Shown: positions 30,871 to 41,548, numbered from the stretch's first letter. The stretch: DNA of 49,542 nt from Holosporales bacterium (GCA_031266655.1 JAISAP010000059.1:1-49542), one strand, 5' to 3'. Numbers and translations: made by a program. Notes: generated by a model from the sequence alone, not told the origin.

Positions 30871-31053
30871 AGGGGTAGGAAGGGCCGTTCTTCTCTTTGT
30901 CCTGCGTTTCTGGACCTCTCCGCAAACTCTCCTAGTGCTCTCTTTGTCTTGCATTGCTGGACCTCTCCGCAAGCTCCCCTAACTCTTCCCTTTACCCCTT
31001 AACTCTCTTCCGTCACTTCTTTGCAACCCCCGCTCTCTACTTCCATCCACCCT

Positions 31054-32876
31054 CTACAATCTCTCGAGCTCTGTGAGCATATCGTCGAGGGTAGAGAGGA
31101 CTTTGGTATTAGCAGCGTAGGCGTGTTGGGCGCGGATCATGTCGGAGAGCTCATGGGCGAGGTTCGTGGTGGAGCGCTCCAGGGTGCCCGCAGTAATCGT
31201 TCCCATGCCGTCTTTTCCGGAGATTCCGGTTCGGAGGGCTCCTGAGGCGGGAGTCGCGTAGTAGACGCCATTGCGCTCCTCTGCAGAATTCATCGCGGCA
31301 AACTGACCGCAAGCGAGGAGATAAATGGGCTCCCAATCTCCGTTATCTTTAAGACGCTTCAATACGCCGTTCTCGTCAATGGAGAGAGAGGAAGGAGAAA
31401 CCATGGCGGAGGAAGCCTCCGATAGGGAGGCTCCAGAAGCAGTACGAGCGCTCCCAGCGTTTCCTGGGGAAACCTCTGGCTTGATGGTGGCTCCGTTAAC
31501 TACGAGAGCCGAATCTGTTCGGTTGACGATACGAAAAGCGCTGAAATCGATATGGATAGTGTCGTAGTCGGTGTCACTTTTGACAAAGTGTATCCCTTCC
31601 ACGACGGATCCAGTCTGTTCCGTCCCTACGCTTGGATCGTCGGTACTACCCCCGTTCTTCGTGAATTGATAGCCCGAAACCCAGCCGTCTGCATCAAAAT
31701 AAAGCTCCACGTCAAAGCCGTAGCTTTCATTATACAACTTCCCCGTGAAAGAACCGCCCTCATTCCTTTTTACCATCCATCGGATCTCGGGGGAGGATTC
31801 TAGGACTTGGGAGATTTTACAGGTCCCCTCCTCGAAGATCATGGGGAAAAAGTTCCAAGACAGGGTACCCCCAGAGGGAGGAAGAGAGTAGTGGGTTCCA
31901 CCGCTTGGGAGGTGGCTTATGTCGAGCGTTAGCTGCGCTTCAGTATCGGGGAAGGTCACCGTCATCTGCTTGGTGGCGTTATCAAAAGTGCAAAAGCTTA
32001 AATCGGCGCGGCTCTCGTCCGCCCAATATTCGCACACCGCGGTTTGGTGGAGGTCGGCAGATTTCAGGGTAGTGCGCGTACCATCAGAACACTGCCACAC
32101 ATCTATTTCGACGGTATGCTTGTTCCCGAGGGAGTCCACAAGGTTCTTCTGCAGGGTAAACGATTCGTAGAAGCCATCCGTGTGGGTTGTGGAGCTGTGA
32201 AAGGAGTACAGGCCGTCAACTTCCTTTTGTATGGTGGGGCCGGTTCCATAGGGGATGGACGCTTTCGCACTGGTTACTTCTGGCTTGATAAGTTGGATAT
32301 CCTCAAGGTCTCCCAAAGAGCCTGCAAAGGCAGCGGAAGGAGGTGGAGCAACCTTGGCTGTCTGAGCTGCAGCTGCTTCCGGCAGCAAGGGCCAGCCTTG
32401 GAGAGTAAGACCTTGTGCGTTTTGGATCAGCCCTTCTTTCGTAACTTGGAAAGTGCCTGTTCTCGCTCCTCCGAGGGTGCCGCTTTTGTCTCTAACCAGG
32501 AGTAAGCCCTCTCCGTCTACGGCAAGGTCTAAAGGCCGATCGGTGCGTTGTAGCTCTCCCTGTGCTTGGAGATGCATTAAAGTGTGCGCAGAGACCCCGG
32601 AGCTGGAGTAGAGAGATCTGGCACTGGAGGGGGAACCGGAACTCCCTATCAAAGAATTGGAAGAATTATTGTTGCCAATAGAGAGAAAGAAATCTCCTTT
32701 ACTTAAGGAACTTCCCCCCCCCCCCCCCGGCAATTTATTTGGGGAGTAAAGGCAAGTGATCGCACCTTATAGCCCATCGTGTCACTGTTGCTCACATTGT
32801 CCGCTATCGTAGCCATCCTCTTCGCCTGCGCGCGGAATCCAGCGACAGATACTCTCATGGTATTAAACAAGGACAT
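31054..32876 (-). pseudogene. flgE: Flagellar hook FlgE-like protein, copy 2, out of frame at G15 (phase-variable candidate)
   Basis: ATG at 32876 gives MSLFNTMRVSVAGFRAQAKRMATIADNVSNSDTMGYK...INCRGGGGEVP-stop. The C15 run is at 32714-32728; 13 or 16 would join the 559-aa downstream ORF that carries the FlgE C-terminal motif. Confidence 0.85.
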
Positions 32877-33074
32877 CTTCTCTCTTCCTGCATGTACGAA
32901 TCTATCGTATTGGATAATAAATTATGCGCAATAGGTTAAAAAAGAATAAATAAAATTGTCAGATGAGGTGAAATAATAAAAATACTGTGTATGTTAGGAG
33001 AAAATAAGGGCAGAAAGAAAAAAGAAAAGAGCTGTGAACGGCGCGGAAAAGAGAGAACGCATGCTGCATCGAAC
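32877..33074 (-). promoter_or_regulatory. Conserved AT-rich upstream region of flgE-like copy 2
   Basis: Inverted near-identical copy of 27888-28083. Confidence 0.65.
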
Positions 33075-33094
33075 CAGAAGGTGCCAAATGATGC

Positions 33095-33505
33095 CTCTAC
33101 ACCAGCGTTGCACAAAAAAACTTTGCAGTAGATTCCCGTCCTAGGTCTATAATGGCCGCGGCCCAATACCGCGGTGGCCCTATGCCATCCTTTCTGTTAT
33201 AGGTAGTCATGAGGGCGTGGACGCAATTACATAGGCCTTACGTATCACTTGCAACTGCAGATACCTGTATCGAGGCTGATAACCGCGCCACAATAAGTGG
33301 CGCAGGGCCTTTGTGACATAAATCCATTGCAAATATGGTCACAAAGGCGATGATGCCACTACAGACATCTTACGTACAACCTGCAACTACAGATATCTGT
33401 ATCGAGGTTGATAGTAACCGCGGTATGATGCCGCGGGGCCCTTGCGAAGTCTATTGACTACAGAACGCAAGGGCAATGGTCCCCCTACATCAGCGTTATG
33501 AAAAG
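33095..33505 (-). repeat. Structured non-coding repeat array C (inverted relative to A and B)
   Basis: Reverse-complement cores at ~33097-33142, 33226-33271, 33359-33403 and 33485-33499. Hairpins at 33177-33216, 33307-33348 and 33438-33474, each paired with a CCGCG-type hairpin; ~130-bp period. Confidence 0.85.
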
Positions 33506-33546
33506 AGCCCATGAATTCACCAAAACTCATGCAGTATGCTCGTCCC

Positions 33547-34029
33547 CTAAAAGCGGCGATCTTTTTCGCCTTTCAGGACTCCCCAGGTTTGCGAGCGGTG
33601 GAGCCATCCCGTGAGGCGCTCGACCTTCACGCGCAGCCAATCACCGCGGATCTCTTGAAGTTGCGCAGAAGTGCCCGGTTCAAGATAGGCTACAACCTGC
33701 GCATCTGCACTGGGTTTGTCCAGCAGAGAGTGTGTTTTCTCTATGACGAGAGCGCTTCTGCGCATAGTAAGCATGTTTTGGTGAATCCACCCCTCCTCGC
33801 CCTCCGCATCCTGGATTTTGCGCCAAATGCCGACTTCTGCGAGGACAATGAGGGGAATTCCAGAGCGCACGAATTTCCAAGACAAAGGGTACTGTCTTCC
33901 TGGTCCGACACGAACATTGGCCTCCTGCGCCCTCAGCGTGACTGCATACGGAAGAACCGGCGTGGTTTGTGCATACGTAACGGCGTCCCCTAACGCTAGC
34001 AGAAAGGCTATCCGTATCCTCAGACGCAT
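33547..34029 (-). CDS. Bacterial SH3 domain protein (two SH3-like repeats)
   Basis: Signal peptide; ANVRVGPG..YP, WRKIQDAEGEEGWIHQNML and GWLHRSQTWG. The ATG overlaps the dut stop. Confidence 0.88.
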   Translation of the reverse strand: MRLRIRIAFLLALGDAVTYAQTTPVLPYAVTLRAQEANVRVGPGRQYPLSWKFVRSGIPLIVLAEVGIWRKIQDAEGEEGWIHQNMLTMRRSALVIEKTHSLLDKPSADAQVVAYLEPGTSAQLQEIRGDWLRVKVERLTGWLHRSQTWGVLKGEKDRRF

Positions 34030-34466
34030 CAAGTTCCCGTCGATCCGAAGCCACCTGCTCCGCGTTGGGTTTCTGGAAGGACTGTGACACACTCAAAGGT
34101 CACAGACTCGTAACACGCAATCACCATCTGTGCGATGCGCATCTCGGGCTCGATCGTAAAAGGCTCAGATCCGAGGTTGATGAGGGCAACTTTGACCTCT
34201 CCTCTATAGTCGCTGTCAATGGTCCCAGGAGCGTTCAAGACAACGACTCCATGCTTCACCGACAACCCAGAGCGCGAGCGAACTTGCGCCTCGTATCCCG
34301 CGGGAATAGCAAGCGCGATGCCGCACCCAACCAGCACGCGTTCCTGAGGGCGCAGCACGATGGGCGCTTTAAGGGAGGCGTGGAGATCCATGCCTGCACT
34401 CCCGCTGGTTGCGTAAGTGGGAAGCGTGGCTTCTGGCGTTTGGAGAAGAATTTTTACGGTGAGCAT
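34029..34466 (-). CDS. dut: dUTP diphosphatase
   Basis: [30 protein letters not shown] and [10 protein letters not shown]. Confidence 0.97.
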   Translation of the reverse strand: MLTVKILLQTPEATLPTYATSGSAGMDLHASLKAPIVLRPQERVLVGCGIALAIPAGYEAQVRSRSGLSVKHGVVVLNAPGTIDSDYRGEVKVALINLGSEPFTIEPEMRIAQMVIACYESVTFECVTVLPETQRGAGGFGSTGT

Positions 34467-35599
34467 GCAGCCTCCTTTTGGGTTCTTTGTATAGCCTTAC
34501 CCTGTGGGTCAAAAATATGACAACGAGCCGCCCGCACGAGAAGCGCGACTTCTTGACCGAGGGCATGTGGAACATCCTTTTTTGCTTGCCGAAGATTCAG
34601 AGTCGCCCCCCCTGGCAGGGTCACCCAAACATGCGTCTCGTTCCCCAAGTTTTCCACAAGGGATACCTTTCCGGAGAAAATCGCGCCATCCTCCGTAGAA
34701 GAAACCTCTTCCTTGATGTCCTCCGGGCGAATGCCAACGGTAATCGTCTCCCCCAACGAGAGGGACGGCTTTCGAGCAGAGAGTTCCGCGCGTGTGATAG
34801 GGATGGACAGGGTTTCTCCAGAATCAAAGCGCAGGACCAGATACTGGCTCTGGATCTTCTCCACGATCGCCTTGAGGAAATTCATCGTGGGCGAGCCAAT
34901 AAACCCGGCAACAAAAAGGTTCTCGGGGTGATGGTAAAGAGAAAGAGGCGTGCCTGCTTGCTCAATACGCCCATCGCGCATGACCACGATGGTGTCTGCA
35001 AGCGTCATCGCCTCGCTTTGATCGTGCGTGACATAGATCATCGTCGTTTTCAGCTCCGCCTTGAGGCGCGCAAGCTCATGGCGCATTTTCACGCGTAGTG
35101 CGGCATCAAGGTTGGAAAGAGGCTCGTCAAACAAAAAAATCTTCGGATGACGCACGATGGCGCGCCCGATCGCCACCCGCTGGCGCTGACCTCCGGAAAG
35201 CTCCTTGGGCTTGCGGTCCAGAAGGTGCTCGACATTGAGGGTTTTGGCGGCCTTGTGCACGCGTTGGGCAATATCCGTCTTGCTACACCCGGAAATTTTC
35301 AAGGCAAAGGCCATGTTGTCGAAGACGGTCATGTGCGGGTACAGGGCGTAGGATTGGAAAACCATGGCGATGCCGCGCTCCACAGGAGGCAGTGTGTTGA
35401 CGCATCGTCCATCGATGTGAACCTCTCCCGTTGTGGGTTCTTCCAAACCGCAGATAAGTCGCAGCAGCGTAGACTTGCCGCATCCTGAGGGACCCACCAG
35501 GACCGTACACGCGTTCCCGGAGAGCTCGAGATCAATGCCCGAGATAATCTGGTGGTCTCGAAAACTCTTGGTCACGTTTTTGAGCGCAATGGTCGACAT
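34454..35599 (-). CDS. Sugar ABC transporter ATP-binding protein (MalK/ThuK-like)
   Basis: [34 protein letters not shown] and DEPLSNLDA; TOBE-like C-terminus. Confidence 0.95.
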   Translation of the reverse strand: MSTIALKNVTKSFRDHQIISGIDLELSGNACTVLVGPSGCGKSTLLRLICGLEEPTTGEVHIDGRCVNTLPPVERGIAMVFQSYALYPHMTVFDNMAFALKISGCSKTDIAQRVHKAAKTLNVEHLLDRKPKELSGGQRQRVAIGRAIVRHPKIFLFDEPLSNLDAALRVKMRHELARLKAELKTTMIYVTHDQSEAMTLADTIVVMRDGRIEQAGTPLSLYHHPENLFVAGFIGSPTMNFLKAIVEKIQSQYLVLRFDSGETLSIPITRAELSARKPSLSLGETITVGIRPEDIKEEVSSTEDGAIFSGKVSLVENLGNETHVWVTLPGGATLNLRQAKKDVPHALGQEVALLVRAARCHIFDPQGKAIQRTQKEAACSP

Positions 35600-35602
35600 G
35601 CT

Positions 35603-36436
35603 CTACCCCTTGACCGCGCCAACCGTGAGACCAGAAATGATGCGTCGCTGAAAGATCACCACCAGCACCACGAGGGGTAAGGTGACGAGAACGCTGGCTG
35701 CCATGATATTCCCCCATGGCAATTCGTGCTGACTCGCTCCGCTCAAGAGAGAAATCGCCACAGGAACCGTCCGTGCTTGATTGGTCAATGTGAAGGTAAG
35801 AGCGAATAAAAACTCGTTCCAAGCAGCAATGAACGCCAAGAGCCCCGTTGTGACGAGGGCAGGAGAGAGAATGGGGAGAAATATTTTCACCAGAATTGTC
35901 AAGTAACTGGCTCCATCAATGATGGCCGCCTCCTCAAGTTCTTTGGGGATCTCGCGCATGAAGTTCGTCAGCGTCCAGGCGGTAAAGGGCACCGTGATCG
36001 TCATATAAGAGAGGATCAGCGCGGAACAATGATTGTAAAGACCGAAGAAGCGCACCAACTCGAACATGCCAGAGAGCACCGCTACCTGCGGAAACATGGT
36101 TACGCTCAAGATTGCGAGCAGAATCCTCTTGCGTCCTCGGAAGGGGATGCGCGCAAGCGCGAAGGAGGCGGTGATGGAGAGGAGCAACGCCATACCGACC
36201 GTTGAAAGGGCGACGAGGGTGGAGTTCAGGAAAGAACGGCCGAAAGAGGCATCTTGTAGGATTGTGCCGTAGTTTTGGAAAGTGAGAGCCTTAGGCCATA
36301 AATCTGTTGCGAAAATCTCCGTCCCGCTCTTCAAGGAAGAAACCATCGCCCAATAAAAGGGGAAGAGGCATAAAACAACGATGATGGAACAGAAAAGGCC
36401 AAAGCCCAAGCGACGCAAGGGAGAAGAACGCGCCAT
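35603..36436 (-). CDS. Sugar ABC transporter permease (MalG/ThuG-like)
   Basis: EAA loop IPKELEEAAIIDGA, AWNEFLFA and FQRRIISGLTVGAVKG. Confidence 0.93.
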   Translation of the reverse strand: MARSSPLRRLGFGLFCSIIVVLCLFPFYWAMVSSLKSGTEIFATDLWPKALTFQNYGTILQDASFGRSFLNSTLVALSTVGMALLLSITASFALARIPFRGRKRILLAILSVTMFPQVAVLSGMFELVRFFGLYNHCSALILSYMTITVPFTAWTLTNFMREIPKELEEAAIIDGASYLTILVKIFLPILSPALVTTGLLAFIAAWNEFLFALTFTLTNQARTVPVAISLLSGASQHELPWGNIMAASVLVTLPLVVLVVIFQRRIISGLTVGAVKG

Positions 36437-36440
36437 ATTT

Positions 36441-37319
36441 CTAGCGTTCCTCGAGGATACGGTGGCGCCCCACGTTAATGTAGAGAATCGTAATCAGCGC
36501 AACGATGAGGGACAGGCACACCGCCGCTGCGGATCCGTACCCCACATTAGCGTAGTCGACAAGGTAGCGTCGCGCGTAAACGGACATCGTCATCGTCTTA
36601 GGGCCTCCGTTGCTCAATATGTATACGAGGTCAAAAATGCGCAAGGCCTCTAGCGTTCGGAAAATCAGGGTCACGATCAGTGTAGGGCGAAGCAAGGGGA
36701 GTGTAATACGAAAGAAGATGCGCTTTTTCGAGACTCCATCCACCAAAGCTGCTTCAAAGCAGTCTTGTGGAAGGGATTGCAAGCCAGCGAGGAGCAGAAG
36801 CGCCATAAACGGCGTCGTTTTCCACACGTCTACCATCACGATCGTCCAGAAACTGAGCTCCGGAGAGGCGGTCCAGGGAAGGGGAGCGGAGAGGATCCCC
36901 ACGCGCACAAGGAGCTCGTTGAGAATCCCGTAAACATCGTGCAGCATCCATCCCCACATGCGCGCGGAGACAATCGTGGGGATGGCCCAAGGCACAAGAA
37001 CAGCCGCACGCAGCAGGCCACGTCCCTTGAAGGGCTTGTGCAAGGCTAAGGCTACAAAAAGTCCTAAAAGGGTTTCACAGGGCACCGAACAGGCGGCAAA
37101 CAGAAGGGTATTGTAAACCGACTGTTTCCAGTCTTTATCGGAAAAGAGCGCCTTGAAGTTTTCCCAATAGATAAACTTAGCGCCGCTCATGTGCTCCAAC
37201 TGAGCATCGGTGAAGCTCAGGAAGATCGTGCGCAACAGCGGCCACGCGGCGACTGATAACAGCACGAACAGACAGGGCGCAACAAAAGCCCAAGCTGTCT
37301 TCTCTCTCGACCAAGACAT
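36441..37319 (-). CDS. Sugar ABC transporter permease (MalF/ThuF-like)
   Basis: LVPWAIPTIVSA, DVWKTTPFMALLLLAGLQ and EAALVDG. Confidence 0.93.
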   Translation of the reverse strand: MSWSREKTAWAFVAPCLFVLLSVAAWPLLRTIFLSFTDAQLEHMSGAKFIYWENFKALFSDKDWKQSVYNTLLFAACSVPCETLLGLFVALALHKPFKGRGLLRAAVLVPWAIPTIVSARMWGWMLHDVYGILNELLVRVGILSAPLPWTASPELSFWTIVMVDVWKTTPFMALLLLAGLQSLPQDCFEAALVDGVSKKRIFFRITLPLLRPTLIVTLIFRTLEALRIFDLVYILSNGGPKTMTMSVYARRYLVDYANVGYGSAAAVCLSLIVALITILYINVGRHRILEER

Positions 37320-37334
37320 GCGCCCCCTTCGTTC

Positions 37335-38654
37335 TTATGAAGCCGCAGATGGATCTTCAGGAGAGCTTTGAGCACGCTGTTTAAACGTCTCAACAGCCTG
37401 GATGAGCTGTTTTGCCCCTTCTGCAGGAGTAAGCTCTTTTGATAGGACGCTTTGCGCGATACTCGTGACAGCCGCACTCACCTGCGGGTAGAGACGCCCA
37501 AAAAACGCTGCCGGGCGCACGATTGCGGTGGATAAGGCTTTGGATATGGGGAGGAAAAAAGGGTTTTTTGCCAACACCTCTGGATCACCATAGAGGGTAA
37601 CAATCGTTGGGAGGTAGGAGGCCTTCACCGCACGTCGTTTCTGCTCTTCATGACGCGTCAGCCACCGCACGAGATCAACGGCAAGGTCCTGATGCTTCGA
37701 GTACTTGGAGACGCACAACCCCCATCCGCCCAGGACGCTTACGGACTCTCTGTCCGCTTTTCCACGTGGAAGAACGGTAATGCCCACCTTTCCCTCGACA
37801 GGAGATCCGCTCATCTGTGCCAAGGCCCACATGTAAGGCCAGTTATGAGCAAAAGCCGCCTCCCCAAGCTGGAAGACGCCGCGCACTTCTTCCTCGGTGT
37901 AGTTCAAAACACCCGGCGGGGAAACCTTTGGGATTAGCTCAGAGAGAAAAGTGAAAGCCTCAATAACCCGATCTTCTTGGGGGAGAGACCCTGGAGAAAA
38001 GACATTTCCTCCAAAGGATTCAATCCATTCCACGACGTGACACATCAATCCTTCGTAGGATTTTCCACGAAAGACATAGCCACAAAAGCGTGTATTCCCA
38101 TCGAAGCGACGCTCATAATCCTGAATCATTTGCGCGGTCTTCGCCAATTCTTCCCACGTGGTGGGCGGTTTTGCGCGTCGTTTTTCGAGGACGTCTAGAC
38201 GATAAAACAGAACATCGATATCTGCGTACCAAGGAATAGCGACGAGATTGCCTTGAATGGTATTGCTTTGAATCGCCACAGGAAAGTGCGCGGCCATCTC
38301 CTCCGGAGAGAAATGTGCGTTCAGAGGGACTACATGGGGCGCCAAAAACACAGACCAAGTCGTGTCCACTTGGTAGATGTCCACGTCTTCCGCCTGGCTG
38401 CCGAGTAGCTGTTGCGTAAAAGCATAAGACTCGCTACTACTCTGTGGCAATTTGATAATCTCGACCTTAACGTCGGTTCCCGTCTCTTCCTTTTTCTTCC
38501 TTGCCCACTCTTTGATAGCTGCTTCGCATAGCTCCGCCTCTTGCCCTTTGGCGCGACAGGTCATCTTGAGGATTACCCCTGCCTCAGCCAAAAGTGGTGC
38601 CTGTCCGAACGCAAAGGCGAGAGCGCAGAATAAAAATCTGCAAAGATGTTTCAT
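37335..38654 (-). CDS. Sugar ABC transporter substrate-binding protein (trehalose/maltose-binding family)
   Basis: Signal peptide from ATG 38654 (overlaps the aspS stop); [20 protein letters not shown] and LGGWGL motifs. Confidence 0.88.
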   Translation of the reverse strand: MKHLCRFLFCALAFAFGQAPLLAEAGVILKMTCRAKGQEAELCEAAIKEWARKKKEETGTDVKVEIIKLPQSSSESYAFTQQLLGSQAEDVDIYQVDTTWSVFLAPHVVPLNAHFSPEEMAAHFPVAIQSNTIQGNLVAIPWYADIDVLFYRLDVLEKRRAKPPTTWEELAKTAQMIQDYERRFDGNTRFCGYVFRGKSYEGLMCHVVEWIESFGGNVFSPGSLPQEDRVIEAFTFLSELIPKVSPPGVLNYTEEEVRGVFQLGEAAFAHNWPYMWALAQMSGSPVEGKVGITVLPRGKADRESVSVLGGWGLCVSKYSKHQDLAVDLVRWLTRHEEQKRRAVKASYLPTIVTLYGDPEVLAKNPFFLPISKALSTAIVRPAAFFGRLYPQVSAAVTSIAQSVLSKELTPAEGAKQLIQAVETFKQRAQSSPEDPSAAS

Positions 38655-40450
38655 AAACTTGTTCCTCCTGAAGGATGGGCGGTGGGTTTTCGAATGCTCA
38701 TACACAACTCCTTAAGCTGCGCTTCCTGCACCTCCGCGGGAGCTCCCATCATCAAATCTTCCGCCTTTTGATTGAGAGGAAACGCCGTGACTTCCCGCAA
38801 ATTAGAAGCGCCGCACAATAACATCACCATGCGGTCGATGCCCGGAGCGCAACCCCCATGCGGAGGAGCGCCATACTGGAAGGCATGCAACAACCCTCCA
38901 AAGCGCGCTTCCACCTCCTCTTTAGAGTAGCCAGCGATGGAAAAGGCCTTGAACATGACCTCGGGAAGATGGTTGCGCAACGCTCCGCTTGAAAGTTCAA
39001 CGCCATTGCAGACAATATCGTACTGGTACGCCTTAATGGTCAGGGGGTCCTGCGTTTCCAATGCTGCCAGACCTCCTTGCGGCATAGAGAAGGGGTTGTG
39101 ACTGAAGGAGAGGACGCCCGTTCCTTCGTCTCGTTCATACATGGGAAAATCGGTGATCCAGCAGAATCGGAAAGCGTCTTTTTCCACCAGGTCGAACGCC
39201 TCTCCGAGTTTTTTCCGGACCAGCCCCGCATCTTTGAGAGATTTCCCAGGAGAGGCACAAACAAAAAACACGACGCCATCTTGGGCGATACCGGTTTGGC
39301 TCTTCAATTCCGCCTGCTGTGCAGGAGAGAGAAATTTCGCAATGGGTCCCTTGGATTCTGAGTCGGAGAAGAGGACGTATGCAAGGCCACCCATCTCCTC
39401 CGATCTCGCCCATTCGTTAAGCTCATCGAAAAAGCGACGTCCGTACGGGCGCGGATCCACTGGAACCCCTATCGCTTGAACACGAGAGCCCTGGGCAACG
39501 GCCTGGGAGAAAAGGGCAAAAGAGGAGGCGGCAAAGACCTCCGTCACCTCTGTGATCCTCAAGGGATTGCGCAGATCGGGCTTGTCCGATCCATACACAC
39601 GCATCGCCTCTTCGTAAGGGATGCGCGGGAAAGGAAGATCCGAGATGCATGCGCCCTTTCCGAAACGCACGAAAGTGTGTTGGAGTAGAGGTTCGATAAC
39701 GGAAAACACTTCTTCCTGTGTGACAAACGCCATTTCCATATCCAATTGATAAAATTCCCCAGGAGAACGGTCCGCTCGACTATCCTCATCTCGAAAGCAA
39801 GGAGCAATCTGGAAGTATCTATCAAATCCAGACACCATAAGCAATTGCTTGAACTGCTGGGGCGCCTGAGGAAGCGCGTAAAATCTCCCAGGATGCAAGC
39901 GGCTTGGTACGAGAAAATCCCGCGCCCCCTCCGGAGAGCTGGCCGTCAGGATCGGAGTCTGAATCTCGAGAAACCCCGCTTGCTGCATCTCTTCCCGCAG
40001 GAAACGAATGATCTGAGAGCGCAGCACGAGGTTTTGGTGTAATTCTTCCCGCCGAAGATCGAGAAAGCGGTATCGCAAGCGCAGGTCCTCGGGGTAGGTT
40101 GCTCCCTCTGCTGTTACCGGAAAAGGCAGTGGCTCTGCGGCTGATAGAAGCGCCACGTCCTCTAGGACTAATTCAATGGCTCCTGTGGGGAGCTTGTCAT
40201 TCACCACCTCCAACGCCCTTTGGACGACCGTTCCCGTCACGGTGACAACGCTCTCCAGGCGCATGCTGTCAAGCGCAACAAAGGCGGGAGATCCCTGTTC
40301 AGAAACGCACTGCGTTACCCCTTCGTGGTCGCGAAGGTCGACAAACAAGAGGTTTCCATGATCGCGTTTGCGATACACCCATCCCGCGAGCTGGACTTTT
40401 TGCCCAACTTGTTCCTTCCGCAGCTCTCCGCAAGTATGCGTTCTGTACAT
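38651..40450 (-). CDS. aspS: Aspartate--tRNA ligase (probably non-discriminating)
   Basis: [36 protein letters not shown] and GAPPHGG. Confidence 0.98.
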   Translation of the reverse strand: MYRTHTCGELRKEQVGQKVQLAGWVYRKRDHGNLLFVDLRDHEGVTQCVSEQGSPAFVALDSMRLESVVTVTGTVVQRALEVVNDKLPTGAIELVLEDVALLSAAEPLPFPVTAEGATYPEDLRLRYRFLDLRREELHQNLVLRSQIIRFLREEMQQAGFLEIQTPILTASSPEGARDFLVPSRLHPGRFYALPQAPQQFKQLLMVSGFDRYFQIAPCFRDEDSRADRSPGEFYQLDMEMAFVTQEEVFSVIEPLLQHTFVRFGKGACISDLPFPRIPYEEAMRVYGSDKPDLRNPLRITEVTEVFAASSFALFSQAVAQGSRVQAIGVPVDPRPYGRRFFDELNEWARSEEMGGLAYVLFSDSESKGPIAKFLSPAQQAELKSQTGIAQDGVVFFVCASPGKSLKDAGLVRKKLGEAFDLVEKDAFRFCWITDFPMYERDEGTGVLSFSHNPFSMPQGGLAALETQDPLTIKAYQYDIVCNGVELSSGALRNHLPEVMFKAFSIAGYSKEEVEARFGGLLHAFQYGAPPHGGCAPGIDRMVMLLCGASNLREVTAFPLNQKAEDLMMGAPAEVQEAQLKELCMSIRKPTAHPSGGTSL

Positions 40451-40519
40451 CCTGCTGACTATAAAGAGCGCACCCTCAAGAGTCGAGGGAAGAAGTTTTG
40501 AGGGAGGAGAGAGGCCTCC

Positions 40520-41548
40520 CTAACTCTCGCTCCGATGAACGTCCAACTCAGGCGGACGCGTCCAGCCCGGATTCAGCTGCTCAGCGGAGTATCTCTGCCC
40601 GTTCGGAAGAGTGATCTGCGCTCGAGAGCTTTCAGCGAAGGCCCACTGTTCAATTTCGTGAAGCCGAGAGTCTTGCTCGAAGGCAACGGAGTGTAAGCAC
40701 TCGCACCTGTGGAAACACTGCGTCTCAATCTTTTCTACGCTCGCGGGCAGTAGAATGAACTGTAGGCCAGACCAGGCAAAAACTTTCTTTTTAAGAATGC
40801 ACAGCTGAGAATTGGGCTCAAAGGTGACGGTGCCAAGCCATCGACACTCCAAGAAGCAGCCAACCGGGAGCGTTCTAAGAGTGTTGGGAATCTCCACATT
40901 TTTCAGAATGATAGTGCCTGCATAAACGCCACTACAAGGATTTGCTGATTGACCTCCGACATCGATTCCCCTGACACAGGACCAACCAAATACCAGAACC
41001 CCAAACTCTACTCCACGCGGGAGGCAGATGTGCCTGAAAGACGTCTTAACGAAGGCCCGATATTTAACCGACTCAAGCTGAGAACCTGGTTCAAAAGTAA
41101 CAGAGAGTAGCTGTAAGCAACCCTCGAAGCACTTCTCCCAAATCGTTTTCACGCTCGCGGGGATGCAAATGGAGCGCAAGGCAGAATCATGGAAGGCACT
41201 CGGTCCTATCCACTCAAGTCGAGAGCCGGCCTCGAAGGGAACGTGTTGAAGGAATTGGCACTCCTTCCAGCAATGCATGTCCAGCGTTTTTGCATCCCAG
41301 GAAATGACAACGTCCCGTGCTCTAGAGCAGGGGACGTTGCTCGCTCCCACATTGAATCCAGACTCAGAAAGAGATACGTATTCCCCTCGATAAGCAACTG
41401 CACTCCTGAAACAGGCGAACTCATCAAAGGTTTCTCCAAACAGCTCCGCTGCTTCCGGAAACCGTTTCATTGCCTCAGCCTTGCAAGGCCCGCCTAGCGA
41501 TCCTAAAACAAGCGCAGAGATTATTTCTAAAATCTTGCATTTCTTCAT
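40520..41548 (-). CDS. BspA-type leucine-rich repeat exported protein
   Basis: Signal peptide; repeated IPASVxxIxxxCFxxCxxLxSVxFExxSxL and AFxxSxL units. Confidence 0.9.
   Translation of the reverse strand: MKKCKILEIISALVLGSLGGPCKAEAMKRFPEAAELFGETFDEFACFRSAVAYRGEYVSLSESGFNVGASNVPCSRARDVVISWDAKTLDMHCWKECQFLQHVPFEAGSRLEWIGPSAFHDSALRSICIPASVKTIWEKCFEGCLQLLSVTFEPGSQLESVKYRAFVKTSFRHICLPRGVEFGVLVFGWSCVRGIDVGGQSANPCSGVYAGTIILKNVEIPNTLRTLPVGCFLECRWLGTVTFEPNSQLCILKKKVFAWSGLQFILLPASVEKIETQCFHRCECLHSVAFEQDSRLHEIEQWAFAESSRAQITLPNGQRYSAEQLNPGWTRPPELDVHRSES

Noticed and set aside
26756-33505. CRISPR array interpretation of the repeats
   Set aside because: Repeats are degenerate and composite, spacing is irregular, the variable segments are related to each other, and no cas genes are in the window.
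26756-33505. Diversity-generating retroelement or integron cassette array
   Set aside because: No reverse transcriptase or integrase in the window, no adenine-specific TR/VR pair seen, and no cassette ORFs between units.
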